From the NCBI GenBank assembly GCA_012295275.1, contig CM022676.1, positions 17,422,001-17,486,000 on the forward strand: a stretch of DNA of 64,000 nucleotides. Reading direction: 5' to 3'. A model generated the notes under the pieces. It saw nothing but the letters and a program-made list of their open reading frames with translations. It ran no database searches and was not told the DNA's origin. Shown here one piece after another: positions 1-14,546 of this stretch. Positions within the stretch are counted from its first letter, which is position 1; the number at the start of each line of letters is the position of its first letter. Source of the stretch: Chrysomallon squamiferum. Taxonomy: Eukaryota; Animalia; Mollusca. Made by a program: the position numbers and the translations under genes.

Positions 1-744
1 TGGTCCAAAGTAAATCCGTTTTTCACTGAGTACTGTATCCGTTCACACGAAACACACACACACATACACAGACACAAACACACAAAAAGACACACACACA
101 GACACAAACACACACACAAACACACACACAGACATACACACACATACACACACACAAAAACACACTCATACACACACATCACAAACACACACACAAACAT
201 ACACACACACTTCAATACCCGGTTTTCTCTATCAAGCACACAAATACATTCCAAGGTTCTTAAACATAAATACGCTCAAACACAAACATATCTAATGTCT
301 TTCTTAAACACCCAGACAGGCACACGCACATAAACAACCACACACACATATATCAATATCTGTTTATCTATCTCTGTATCTACGTATCTATATTCCCCAA
401 AATTATATATCCGCCACTGATCTACGCAGTAGACTGTAGACCTTCGTTCCTTAACGTTATAAACTCCAGTGCAGAAATAGTCATTTTTCTCAAACCAAAG
501 AAAATGGATTTATAGTCTGTAAGATTGCCATTAGGTAAGCTGCTTGCAGATGATGCACACACACATACACACACACACAGACACACACATACACACACAC
601 AGACACACACACACACACACACGTTTGTGTATATGTGTGTAGATATATATATGTGTGTGTGTGTATGTATCTGTACCTATATACAAAGAGAGAGAAGACA
701 GATATAGATACTCACACATCTAATCACGCATAACTTTTTCTTAA

Positions 745-1110
745 GTATACATACATACACATAAACATACATACACAGAAACATACATACATAGAAACAT
801 ACATACATAGAAACATACATACAAACAAACATACATACATACACAGAAACATACATACGTAGAAACATACATACATAGAAACATACATACACAGAAACAT
901 ACATACACAGAAACATATATACAGAGAAACATACATACACAGAAACATACATACACAGAAACATACGTACATAGAAACATACATACACAGAAACAAACAT
1001 ACACAGAAACATACATACACAGAAACATACATACATAGAAACATACATACACAGAAACATACATACACAGAAACATACATACATAGAAACATATATACAA
1101 ACATACACAT
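745..1110. repeat. Compound ACAT/ACAGAA minisatellite (16-20 bp units)
   Basis: Repeats of acagaaacatacatac; largely absent from copy B, so it expanded (or was lost) after the duplication. Confidence 0.9.
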
Positions 1111-1414
1111 AAGTAATTTGATAAACTTGTAGTTGTCAATGTTTCTAGTAGTTCGCGCTAATTATATTGATAAGCTAATAGTGACAATGTTTTTAGTAGT
1201 AGCACTCTAAGAAAGTGTATAAATTTGTAGTGACAATGCTTCTAATACATACTAAGCCAGCTGGTAGTTGTGCAATGTTAAAATTAGTTGTTACAAAAGA
1301 AAGGTGAAAGGAAGAAATAACACCACGTTTGTTTTAAATTACAGTCAGATTTATTTACTAATCTACAATGTTACATACAAGTCTGAGAACTTTAAGATCA
1401 TAATGTTATGAAAA

Positions 1415-1473
<59 letters not shown>

Positions 1474-2408
1474 TGATGGGTTTTTTAATTGAAATGAATT
1501 TACTTTTAATCTGCTTTACAGAAATATAACGCAGTGACTGAGGATAATATGTAAGTAAACGTATCACATTTGTTAATATATTATCAGATTTAAATTAAAA
1601 TAACCTTCTTCGACAAACATGTTTTTTACAGAAACGCTTCTGATCAAGAAATAAATTATAAGAAGAGGAAAGGCGCACGCATTTGCATATGTCACTCTGT
1701 TTTTGTGAGTGTTGCTACGTATTTGTATGTATCAGTTTGTGTTTGTGTGTAGGTGTGTGTTTTTCAGTGTAGGTGTGTGTTTTTCAGTGTAGATGTGTGA
1801 TTGTGTGCGAGCGTTTTCGAGCGTGTTACTGCTAAAACAAAACAAACACGTTACAAAATATAATTACTCGTATTTTATTTTATTAGTTGATGCCTTACTT
1901 ATCTCTCTTTCTTAACGTTACACAACGTTTATACTATTCACCTTTATTTGAAATGTTAAAGCATGAGTGGGTGTGTAATTGAGCTTGTTTGTGGCAAACA
2001 GCTGTTAGTGTGGGTGTTTATAGATATGTGTTTTTGTGTATTTACAGTATTTATGTGTATGAATATACAATCAGTGGATATGTGCGTATGTATGTACGAA
2101 CATGTGTGTGTTTGAGACAGTGTATAGTGTGCTTGCGTTTTTGCTATGTATGTGTATGAAAGACAGTGTCCATATGTTTATGTGTGTATATGTGTGAAAT
2201 ATAATGTACAGGTTTATATGTATTTATATGTTTGAAAGATAATGTATATGTATATATGAATGTATGTGTGTGAAGGATAGAATACATGTTTGTATGTAAG
2301 TATATGTGTGTGAAAGACTGTGTACAAGGTTACATGTATGTATGTGAGACATTATGGTCATGCGTTCTAAAGTGAAACAGGAGGGGTATTTGTGTGTGTG
2401 TGTGTGAA

Positions 2409-2439
<31 letters not shown>

Positions 2440-2516
2440 GTGCTTGAGAGAAAGAAGACGGATATAAAACATCTGTGTGTGAAATATTGTGTTCTGGGAG
2501 ATTTTGTCCACTTGTG

Positions 2517-2583
<67 letters not shown>

Positions 2584-2699
2584 CATCATCATCATTATTT
2601 CATAAACTTTGATGCTCTGAAAGAAAATAATAATTTTTAAATTTGTTTTATTACTAAGAACAGCAAAAATTTCAGGTTGAAATTTGACGAAAAATTTAA

Positions 2700-3030
2700 T
2701 TTTCTGTGGCCATGTTCCCGCAGCCATCTTTTTGTCCAACGATATCGTTAATATGTTCACAGGATGTTCGTGAACTAGATGTGTCTTGATGAACGTTTTT
2801 AACAAACAGTTGTTAACGTCGTCGTTTATTAAAAGTAAGTCGTAACCAAGCGTGATACGCACCGCGCATTCTGCGTACTACATAAAAATCACGTGCTAAT
2901 TATCACTAACATCATCCGCTAATGATTATAGTTCCTGTCTACCACATTTTGATGCGTGTTTTGAACCATCTTGTTGGTTTCTCAGCCATGTTTAATTTTT
3001 AAGTGACTATTAGTCCACCAGGTAGGTCGA
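2700..3030. promoter_or_regulatory. CpG-enriched promoter-like segment (paralog at about 62100-62410)
   Basis: Local CpG excess, YY1-like gcagccatcttt, tcacgtg E-box, gcgcattctgcg, and a donor ccaccag|GTAGGT at 3021/2 (GCGGGT in the paralog). Confidence 0.45.
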
Positions 3031-3502
3031 AATTTATGAACTGATTCCGTATTGATATCGGTAAAATAGTACAACTTTTGACCAAAGGATAAATTTAGTG
3101 ATCAAAATCAAGCTCTGCACGAAACGAACATCGCGTGAGTAGTAAACAAAATAACGACACTGTGATTCTATTTATTACGACATCGTAACGACAAGTAAAC
3201 GACTTTTGTTTAACTAAGTCGTCATGGTGACGTCTTCGGGAAGGTGGCCATGAATTAGAGTATATAACCGTATATAATAACAATAGTAGTAGTAGTAGTA
3301 ATAATAATAATACTAATAATAATCATAATAATAATAATTAAAATAATAATAATGAAAATAATAATAATCATATTAACACACACACACATATACAACCTTT
3401 TTAGGTTAAGGAATGCATGGTTGTGTCTAAAATACGAATTAAAAAAAAATGAAGAGGTTAAAAAATAATCCAAAACAACACCATGAGAGAGACAGAGACA
3501 GA

Positions 3503-3611
<109 letters not shown>

Positions 3612-3802
3612 TATAGGTAAACACACAACATACGTTATTTGTGTTTAACGAAAATGTAAAACTTAAAAAGATTATGTTCCTGTTTTCAATCTCTCACTGT
3701 GATTCTTTTTCTTGGTTTGTTGAGGTCTTAAAAATATATAAAACTTTGTTTTAACTGTGGTAAAATGGTTATTGAAATGAAGCGTAAGTTTGTCGGTGTT
3801 TT

Positions 3803-3859
<57 letters not shown>

Positions 3860-4514
3860 ATTTATTAATTTTACATATAATTATAATGAAAATATTAAAC
3901 AAACGTTGCTAACACCCTAATTTTATTTATTGATGTATTATTAGTATTGTTGTTCTTCTTCTTCTGCTTCTTCTTCGTCTTCTTCTTCTTATTATTATTA
4001 TTATTAGTAGTAGTAGTAGTTATGGTTTTCTTTATAATGTTCACTTTATTGTTTAAATATTAAGACCACTTATTAAAATTTTGCTTTAAAGGATGTTATA
4101 ATTATTATTTTTTTTTTTTTTGAAATAATTTACATGTTTAGTAATAGGACATCTACATCAGCATTTATACCTAAAAATTGTGCTGACATACTAAAATCAA
4201 ACTGCAGTTTTAAAATGTCTGATACTAAGACAATGTTTGTTTTTTAAAAGGTCTGCTTGGAAGATGGGTAGAAACTTGTATAAATTGATTCCTCACAGCA
4301 AAGTCCAGTCTACATTTGAGGAACTACTCAAAGCTCTGTTGATCTGTACCAAAGCAAACCACAGTGTCTTGAGACTTTGAAATAGCCACATATGCCATGA
4401 GATTAAGTCTGAAACACACATCACAATTCAGGTTTGCTTCTGTCACATAACTGAGTACTCTGATGCAAATACAGAAGGAAAGTCTGTCTGTTCTCTGATA
4501 GAATTATACGACAG

Positions 4515-4560
4515 TGAATCACGTGCTTGTCACGTGTCCTTGAGCTGACGTCAGCCTGTC
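4515..4560. promoter_or_regulatory. Dense E-box/E-box/CRE motif cluster
   Basis: tcacgtg (4519-4525), gtcacgtg (4529-4536) and perfect TGACGTCA (4546-4553) within 35 bp of otherwise CpG-poor DNA. Confidence 0.45.
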
Positions 4561-5703
4561 CTGTCAACAAGTTCACTAACATTCTGTGCTGTCCATTATG
4601 TTGTTTACAGATTCCACGTTATTATTTTTCCATCAGAAAGGCTTTGCGACGCTTCCCTTTTGTGGCCTGCATCAACTTGATACTGAAGTATTTTGTCAGT
4701 TCTAGCAGTGAGCATCATAATCATGTACCTGTTTGTTAAAGATGAAGGAGTCATTTGCATTTAGCAGCATTTTACAAACATGTTGTCTCATTCTTTAGGT
4801 GTCACCTGATGTTTTCTTCTAAGAGTCTTGTGCATAAGAGTTGTCTTCAGTTGGAAAGCTTGAGATGAATGATTTAATTACTGCCTTTTCTTCATCTGAT
4901 CTCTTACGTTTTGTTTTTATTTTGAAATATTTTTACATTAATTACAAAATATGTCATGAAAATAAAAACTGTGTGAAGCTGTGTTCATCATAATTAGTAA
5001 GTACTGTATAATAGTTATTACTGAAATATATGATAGATTTATTTTGATACTGTCTCAGTTTTATTGACATGAATTTCTGTTGTGGACTCATTTTTTTACA
5101 GACTGATCATAGGTTCTTTAATGTTTAAGTCATTCTTCTAATTATTGGCTTTTTAATGTTTAAATATTTATTTTTCATTCTTTCAATATTTTGTTAAAAT
5201 ATTTAAAATCATTTTTGATAATTTATAATTTTATTTTTTCAATTTCTTGTTCTTATTATTTTAAAAGTTTAACTACACTTTTTTGTTATTATTTTATTCT
5301 TATTTATACTGTAAACAGAAAGTACTACTATTATATCATGATTAATATTAGAATTATGCAAGTGCCTGTTTATTATTATTATTATTATTATTATTATAGT
5401 AGTAATAGTAGTAGTAGCAATAGTAGTAGCAGTCTATGAAGAAATTTTATATACCTGTATGTTTTTACAGTAATACTCTAATCTGTTATTGCTCAAATTT
5501 TAAAAAATTCAGAGTTAATCACTGAAAATTAAAATTCAGTTATTATTATTATTGTTGTTGTTGTTATTATTATTATTTGGTATTTATTATTCTTGAATAT
5601 ATCATTATTTCTTTCTTTTCTTATTTTTTAACAACTTATCTGTAACTAAATGTTTTTCTTGATTCTTGTGTATCTTTTCACCACATATATTTCTCTGTTT
5701 CAG

Positions 5704-5827
5704 GCTAAATCAAAGTTACAAAAATACCTTCTGTAGATCATTTTATCAAGTTTATGTGGAAGACCACAAGAGATAGGAACAGCTGAATCCACTGAAAATT
5801 AACTCAAATAGATATGTTTGTACAAAG
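5704..5827 (+). pseudogene. Degenerate THAP-domain exon of a PHIS/ISL2EU-type transposase
   Basis: tttcag acceptor and aag|GTAAGA donor. With frameshifts it reads KSKLQKYLL*I..IKLCGRPQE..EQLNPLKINSNRYVCTK, resembling the transposon THAP pattern W-I-x-x-C-G-R-P...L-N...I...Y-V-C-S-K-(H-F). Confidence 0.6.
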
Positions 5828-6950
5828 GTAAGAATTTTGAAATTCTCCAACCACAGAACTGAACATATTAGAGCTTCATTGGACCAGTTATTGGACAACA
5901 TAATTGTCGTTTTAAATTTCTTTAATTTGTAATAAAAAAACCAAAACAAAAAACAGATAATAGAAATATGAAGAAATAGTATTTGATTAGCATCCAGTAT
6001 TAGTTCAAAACAAACGTGTTACAGCCTTAAATACAAAATTGCAAGGTATATAGTATTGAATCTTCTATTTACAAAACATATATTTATAAATGATTGAAAT
6101 AGTTATTATTGCCAGAGTAAATTCAGTTTGAATCGCATGCCTCTAAACTAGGTATAGTAAGTATAGATAGATATATACAGACATACATGTTGAAGGGAAA
6201 ATATTTATTTAAAAATAACATCCAACTACATTTTTTTACATTTCAGCATTTTGTTGATAAGGCTGGACAGAGTTATTTCCTGACCAATGACTAGCAGATC
6301 ATTTTACTTCCCACCCACAATCAGCCAGGAAGCCACCTTCAGAAAGAAGAAGTTAAATATGGCTACTCAAGGGTTTAATTAGTTTAGCTTTGATTTGAAA
6401 CATGTGCCAACCTTTCTTTTTCTTACATCTGTTCCAGTCTTCTTCATGCATAAGTAATCAAATCAAAACTTTCTTTATCTACCACAATCTACAAAGGGAT
6501 AAAAGTCAGTGCTCTTGATTATTTAAATATGAGTTCTGAATATTTCTGTGGTCCAGGAAGTGACACTGGAACTTTATTAACAGTTCTAATCTTTATCACT
6601 ATCTGATGATCTGTTACTTGAAAAAATATATTTAACACCATTTTTATTTATAAACTTTACGGGTTATGAATCATTTTTCATAGTGTGTCTTTTCAGGAGA
6701 AGTGTAAAAAACATATTTGTTTTTAAAATGTTTGTAATAATTACAATAACCTAGGATTTATTTATAATTTTTGTCATGAAGCATTTTTTTTTTTGTTGTA
6801 AAGTAAACACAAATAGAGGAAAGAAGTATGTGTGAGAACAGAATGTGAAAATCAGTTGATCTAGATTTCCATGGTTACCCTTTTCACCTGGAAAAAACTA
6901 CCGAGTTAATTAATACCTGAATAATAAAATTGTGTTTTTCTCTGATACAG

Positions 6951-7226
6951 GTTGTGACTTTATATCAGGTAGAAAAGGTGAAGCTGGTTACACTGGAGAA
7001 CTTGGTATCCATGGAGATCCTGTTGCACCCAGTGTTCAAGGACTTCATGGTAATGATTGTGTTCCTGGTCTACAGGTTTCCTGGTGTTTCTGGTAATCCA
7101 TATCTTGGTTTCTTTTTTCTTTCACTAGGTGTGTAGATTAGAACACTGCAGGAACATACAAGATGAAGGTTGACTACTCACTTGTTTGTGTCACGGACAA
7201 CTCCAGAGCACATGGGCAGGATTTGT
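6951..7226 (+). pseudogene. Decayed collagen IV alpha1-type exon (end of triple helix and start of NC1)
   Basis: Acceptor tctgatacag. Reads GRK GEA GYT GEL GIH GDP VAP SVQ GLH GND CVP GLQ, frameshift, GFP GVS GNP, then GFF..FTR and AGTYKMKVDYSLVCVTDNSRAHGQDL (NC1 pattern GYSLLYVxGNxRAHGQDLG). Gly substitutions, a frameshift and a deletion are present. Confidence 0.85.
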
Positions 7227-8080
7227 GTAGTTGACTGAATGAAATATTTTTTTCTTTCTATTGCGCTGTCTTAAGTTCTTGAACTTATGACTTAGTTTCA
7301 AGTTCTAATGTTATAAAAACTGAAGATTGAAGTAAAGGCATTGACTTTTTAGGATATACTAAATAAATAAACTAAAATATATTTTTCTTTAAATTCATTT
7401 CAAGCTCAAACTGTTTCTATAATTTTAGCTTTTCTCAGGATAAACATTTATTGAATGGGAAGATGGTTTAGGTTTTATAAGAACACAGAAAAAGAATTCT
7501 AATTAACAGTAAAAAAAATAAACATTACACTGCAGGTAGTGCTGTCAGCTGTTTGAGATTTACAACCATGTTTTTATATTCTACAACATCAACAATGTGT
7601 GCAGCACAACATTACAGAATGATTACAGTTACTGGCTGTCAACACTGGAGCCGATGTTGATGATGATGATGAATCGAGTGAGAGGTGAACAGACCAGGCA
7701 AACATCAACAGTTTGTGAATCTCCAGACCCTGTAAGTCCTGTACTTATTTTCATAACATTAGTATTCATTACTTAATCATGAATATTCATATTTGTATTT
7801 GATTTCCATTGTTTGAGGTAAGCGATTATTTGTGAATACAGTGTAAGCCTTTTTTATTACTGCCATGAATTTCATTTTTTATGTTTATTAATTTAATAAT
7901 TATTGATAGGAATTAATATTTATTTTTGAGTTAACAATTAATATTTTTTGATATGAATTAAATTGTTATTTTTGCATATTATCCAATATGTTTTTAAATA
8001 TAGTATGTTTTTTTTTTATATATATATATCAGTTTTATAATGTTTTTACTTCCCTTACTTTGAGATTTTTTTTTTCTCAG

Positions 8081-8180
8081 AGGTTTTTACTGTGCACAGT
8101 CAGACAAAGCTCATTGCAGAATGTTCACTGGGCTGGTGTGCATCATGGATTGGCTAAAGTTTTGTTGTGGTAAATTTGAA
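8081..8180 (+). pseudogene. Degenerate transposase exon (pre-HTH FYTGL segment)
   Basis: tttttctcag acceptor and GTAAGT donor; reads SDKAHCRMFTGLVCIMDWLKF, like the D-x-x-x-x-F-Y-T-G-L motif of THAP/HTH_Tnp_4/DDE_Tnp_4 transposases. Confidence 0.45.
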
Positions 8181-8284
8181 GTAAGTTGTTTTGAACTGTT
8201 TTTGATTTTGTAACTTCAAAAATTTTTAATTTTATTGAAATACCCATAGTTGTTTTTACCAAAAATTTCTGTTTTTTTATTTTG

Positions 8285-8570
8285 TTATTGAACTCTATTT
8301 TATATACAACTAACAATTTTTATCATTTTATATTTATTTAAAACATGTTTTAGATTTTATTTTAAATACAACTAGACAATTCTTTATATTTTGTATTTAT
8401 TTAAAACATGGATGTCTTCTTTTTAAATACAAAAAGACAATTCAGTTTTTTTTTAAAAAACATGATGTTATTGACTTCTATTTTATATACAACTAGACAA
8501 TTCTTTATCATTTTGTATTTATTTAAAACATGGATGTTATTGACTTCTATTTTACATACAACTAGACAAT
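8285..8570. repeat. ~60-65 bp degenerate tandem repeat, about 5 copies
   Basis: Recurring tacaactagacaattctttatcattttgtatttatttaaaacatg. Confidence 0.8.
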
Positions 8571-11500
8571 GTTAATTACAATGTTTGACAAGTTTACCAC
8601 AAAACTGAAAAACACGCAGCTTGGCATTTTTGTTGATTATTATGAACACTAAAAATTGTAAACTTCTGTATTTTTTACAAAATAACAGACTAGCAGATCA
8701 TTTTCAAGAGGTAACTTAATAATGATGTAAAATGTAATATTTAAATTATGTAAAATGTATTTATTCTGACTAAATAATTTGTAATTTTAATATTTTAGGT
8801 AACTTTTAAATAATAATTTGCTATCATTTCCAGTGATAAATGTTATATTTTGTTAGTAAATTATTTTTATTTATTAGGGTTATCAGTGATAAGTTTTGTT
8901 TATTACTTTTACAGGACAAACAAGCCCTTGCTGACCACAACAAAGTTATATTAGGCCAAGGATGACCACTTGACCAGCCTTGTAGTACAACTCAGTGAAG
9001 AACAATCACTTCTCCAGTTGTTGGTGTTAAAATAAATTTGTACAAACTGAGACACTCAGATGAGTTCAAGTGTTTTGAAATCAGATGCTGAGTATAATGG
9101 ACAGGTAATTCGGTTTACAACTAGATTTTATAAACTGTAAAATGTAAATCATTTAATGTCATATGAGAATATTTTTAATATTATTATCATTATATATAAT
9201 TTTCTTTTTTTTAAATAATGATTCTATAGATGACATTGATATAGCAATTGGAAGAAAAGAAATCTACTTTAGAAAAATCTATCTTTAACAAGTAGCCGAT
9301 AAAATTATTGATCTTACTTGTTATCAATTTTTATAAAAGATAGTAAGTTACTTATTTATTAAAGAAAAATGGATGTTTCTCTTTAAAAAAGAATATATAT
9401 ATGTTTAAATTACTCATAGTTCTGAGTTGATTTATTCAGACTAGTATTAAACACACATTTCCCCAGACAGTCGAAATTAGAGGTGCAACAAGAAATGTTT
9501 AAATAAATAAACTTAAACTTTATTTTATTTCAGTTAAATTAACTGTACTTGTTATTGGTTGAATATATTACTTCAGATTGAAATGAAAAAATATAAAATT
9601 GTAGCAGTTGTTGTTAAAAAAATGTAATATTTTACTTTTCAGACACCATAGAAAGCTATTTACAAGAACTGATGTCCACTGAGTCTAAATGACTTGTCAA
9701 GTTTTCTGTACTGAACTAAGTAAACAGAAGATAAAACATCTCCACAATAAACATGAAAAACTGAATAACTGGAGAAAACTGAGTTTAGAAAGTTCCACAC
9801 CAAACTAACATTTTAAAAACATTACTAGTGTGAATCATGGACTGTTCTTACTGAAGAATGTGTAATGTGACATGGTTTTAGACTCAGTCACAGTGTCGTT
9901 GATGAAATCAGATGTACACAGAATGTTTGTACCAGACACAGCACCAAGTACAGTCAAGTCTGTGAAAAAAAGAAATATTTTGTAAAAATCATTTAATGTT
10001 AGAAATCCTTGATTACTGCTTTAAAAAAAACTACAAACTTCGGATTAAAAATGTTTGGTTCAAGGGAGATAATTTTTTATTTTTTATTTTTTTTATTTTT
10101 TTTTTTTTCATTTTTGAAAAAAAATAATGTACTTAATCATGTAACTGAAGCATAGAATAACAGAATACCAAGAGTTCTGGTAAAGATTTACCCTATAAAA
10201 GTTTGTTAAATCATAAAATGGAATCACTTGTGTAAACCTATATATGCTATATATTTGTTTGGAAGATTAAAATCAGAAATTAAAAATGTTCTTAATTACT
10301 AATTTCAGGTTACATTATCTGTCAAGTTATTTATTAAGTTTTATAGTTTTTGTAAACAAATGTCTTGTTTTTCATTTTATGTTGTATATTTTATCATAAA
10401 CGTTTATTGATAATTCAGTAATCTTGGCATTTTTTTTTGTTTATAGCACAAATCTTTAGAACCTTAAGATATATTTTAAATACTTTTTAATTCGAAACAT
10501 TTTCTATCATGCTTTTCTAAATTTATAATTAAGGATTTTGGCAAAGTTTTTCTAAAATTATGAAATAAACTTTGTTGTTTTCTTGCTGAAATAAATATTT
10601 CAAATATTTATGTTTTTTGTTTTTATCACCTATTTGTTTAGCAAGCTTTATTAAATTACAGGGTGAAGAATATTTATTTATATAGTTTTGGTACAATAGC
10701 CAAAATTTAGTATTTACTAGGCATTATAATATCATTTTATACTAGTTAATAATTTTGTATTCAGTACTTAAGAGAATGTTTAACATTGAAAATCAGTGAG
10801 TAACAAACTAAAATTGTTAAAAAAAACCAAAAAAGAAACAAAACAAGCCCTGTACCAGCAAATTTATTTTCATTATAATTAATTTTTAACACCATTAAAT
10901 AAAAATAAAAATAAATAAATAAATAGGAATCAAGTTTGACAATTATACAGATATTTATTAATTCACTCATAAATTCACTCTACCCGCCTCATTCATTCAC
11001 TGCTTCATGTAAAAGATAAAATGTAGACACAACTGTGAAGAGAAATGTAGAAAACACAGAGTAATTTCAAGTTTAGTATCAGACTTAGTATGTTAGTTTG
11101 TTGATCTTCCTAACCTTAAACTTCCTGTTTTAATCCATAAATTTCAGAAAATGATTATTTTAAGGTCATCATTTCTAGATATGTACAAGAATTTAAATGA
11201 AAAAAAATTTATTTTTAATTTAGCATATTTAAATAGGCATCTTTTAACTGGCATATTTAAATTAACATTTTCCTGTTGGCATATTTATATTGTAAAGTTT
11301 AAATTTTATTATAAACTATGATTTTCTTGTCAGCATATTAAAATTAGCATATTTCATTACATATTTAATTAACATTTCATTAGCATATTTAAATTTAAAC
11401 TAGCTTTAAAAATGCAGATTAAACCTGAATTGAAAGAAAGTATTTTGAAAAATCTAAGAACAAATGACAAAACGAACTGATATGAATTTCTTAATGTACA

Positions 11501-13812
11501 TCATAAAAGCCAACTTTACAGACATTCAGGAAAGGAAACAGAAACAATATGTCCACAATGAAAAACAGAGATTAAATACTGAGGTATTGTTTACTAAAAA
11601 ATAATAATAATGAAAACATTTAAGCAAAATTTATTTTACTCAAAACGAAACAAATTGCATGAATGCTTTGGTATGAAAAAAAATTCTTGAAAGTAACAAA
11701 TATATTTTATGTTTATTTTATTCTGGTTACATAATAAAAATAAATAAAAAAGCAAAAGATAACAAAAAAATCACAAAAACAAATTCTGTTTAACTAGAAT
11801 ATTTTTTCAGATATTTAGATATTTTGAAAGACGACTCAAACGATTGTAATGTCTGCCTCTGACAAACTACTGCAAAAACTGAAAGAAAAACTTTTTGAAA
11901 AACTTGGCATTTTCATGTAAAGATATTAAAATAAGAAAATAAAGTAAAATATTGTACATGGGAGAAAAATAAAAATGATAAATAATTTAAAATATATATA
12001 TTTATAAAACATTTGTCATTAAGAATTGAAACCATGACAATGATGTAAAGAGTCAACTGCTGCTGTAGCTGCTGATGATGTCAGGACGATGTTGATGTGT
12101 GTTATGAGATCTACATCTTCCTAATGCACTTTCTTTGACGTTGTTGTGGTTTCCCAGTCTTCCAGAGAGAATTATTAATAACAACAGCATCAATGTTTGC
12201 TTGATGTCAGTAAAACTTTTAGCCACATAATTATACTGGTGAAAAGGAGAAAATAATTAATTTATTGCATGATAATTAATAATAATTATAATTAAATTAT
12301 TACATGATAATTAATAAATAATACAGTAATTCATTAGCATTAACTGAATATTCACTAGTTTCATTTCTCTGAGTTATTTTTCATCACCGGTAAAACGTTT
12401 TTAAATAATAAAATAATAATAATAACATCAGCTATAAATCCATAACTTTTATGAAAGTGGATTAGAAATAATTATGAATTTAGTAAAATATGCTGGAGAG
12501 GTTTATGATTATTTTAAAAGATCCTGTTATATTATTTGGATTTATCAAAAATACCTTGAGACAAAATGATAGACCAGTGTAAAAAATAAATCTACAGAAG
12601 TTTCAAATTTAGTAAGGATCTAATTTTTGAAAATAATATTTTATATAAATAAAGAAATAAATTTATATTAAAAAATTAAAAAATAGAAAAGAAGAAAATA
12701 CTAATTAAATAACAAAGAGAAAAATATGAAGATGGAAACTGACACTTTTCAAGTTTAATTTCAAATAATAATAATAATTATAATAACAATAACAATAATA
12801 ATAATAATAATAACAATAACAATAATAATAATAATAATAATAATAACAATATCAATAATAATAATAATAACAATAATCATAACAATAATAATTTAATATA
12901 AATAAAAATATAAAAAACAAAAATAGAAATGCAAATAAACGCATTAGATATTCTACATTATAAATATACCAGTACTAATTAATAGTTTATCTCATCGTTA
13001 ATTTATTGTAACAAATAACGACTTACTAAGGTTAGTAACACATTTTATTTGAGAATTAATCAAATGCTTTAGAGAGTGTTGTGACTGCACATGCATATAA
13101 TAACATATGCCAATAAAGCTTAAACACATAAATCTAAGAAAAACAGATTTCATTATTTCTGGTCCATTTACTTTAGCAATGACTTAATTTGGTATAGACA
13201 GTAATAATTAGCAAGCATTTAAAAATAAGAAAATTGATAAACAAGTGATCAAGCTAATTTAACCAAAACACAACCTGCAAATAAAGATTTAAAATAAAAT
13301 TTAACAGAAAAGATAATTTACCATGTTAAAACCCTGTTATAATAACTGATATTATAAATCTAGATGATAAGGATGATGAAGAGGATTAAAATGGATACAT
13401 TTACATGAGAATGCATGAATATTTTGTAGATGATAAATAAAATTAATCCATAAATAAATGATATTGAAAAATATAAATAAAACAATTAATTATAATAAAA
13501 AAGAATGATGATGTTAGTGATAATAAATAAAATAAATAGAATAATAAATAAATAAATAATAACAAATGGTGATTACATTATTCAGGTCACTATATTGATG
13601 TAGATTTAAAATTTACATTATAAACAAATTCTGCTTACAAACATGTGTGACTTAGGTAAGTATTAAATATGTTTCTATAACGCTGTTAAACACTGAACTA
13701 TTTTACCATTACATTGTAATTACAATTATTTAAATCAATAAATTACTAATCTGACATTTAAAAGAATAACTTTAATTTTGGCATTTCATGCAGGAACATG
13801 CTCTTAAAAGCA

Positions 13813-13868
<56 letters not shown>

Positions 13869-14440
13869 ATTATTATTATTATTATTCTTTTAAGTTCATT
13901 AGTCACTATTTTGGATAAATGATGAAAATTCTGTAAATAAGCAATGTGAGAATTAAGCTCAAAGAAAAATATTTTTACTTATAAAAGTTGAACTTAATAC
14001 AAAATATAGGTGATGCTCTATAATGGACCCAGTGTAATTTATACTTTCCATGTTTACTGCTACCAGCCTTTCCTAATAATAAAGTATAACAATATTTTGA
14101 CCAGCTTGTATATAAAGGATGACTTACCCAATATTTTATTTTATTTTTTATTTAATTTATTTATATATCATAAAATATGAGAAATGACGGAAATAAAGCT
14201 CACAGTTTGAGTAAATTAGTGTAAAATGATGACATACTCAGTCTGTTAGAGATTTTTGTATGGATTAATTATGTCATCATTGAAAATATAGACTCCACAG
14301 AGATAAATGAATAACAAATAAATAAACAAAATAGTAATAAAAATAGAAGAAGAAAAAAATCATAAGATAAAGGAAATATAATGATTGTGGACACAGAAAC
14401 AAGACTGAAACAATGCTAATGGAAGAATGGAAATAATGAA

Positions 14441-14546
14441 GTATTCTAAGTTATCGGTATATTTGTACACTACAATTACTTTACTTATTATTGTATTCTA
14501 AGTTATCAGTATATTTGTATACTACAATTACTTTACTTGTTATTGT
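14441..14546. repeat. 52-bp tandem duplication
   Basis: gtattctaagttatc(g/a)gtatatttgta..ctacaattactttactt occurs twice. Confidence 0.85.

Noticed and set aside
400-420. atccgccactg as the right TIR of a CAGTGGCGG-type element
   Set aside because: No left TIR or TSD was found.
2224-2862. Minus-strand ORF MRITLGYDLL... conserved at 61989-62264
   Set aside because: GTG start, no recognisable domain, and the paralogs fall out of frame with each other; the duplication explains the conservation.
4251-4420. TFEELLK(G)SVDLYQ resembling the T-x-F-G-x-x-P-x-G-S-x-L-S-Y-Q motif of SWIM-YqaJ proteins
   Set aside because: Needs a frameshift, is short, and lies on the opposite strand from the SWIM exon; too weak without a search.
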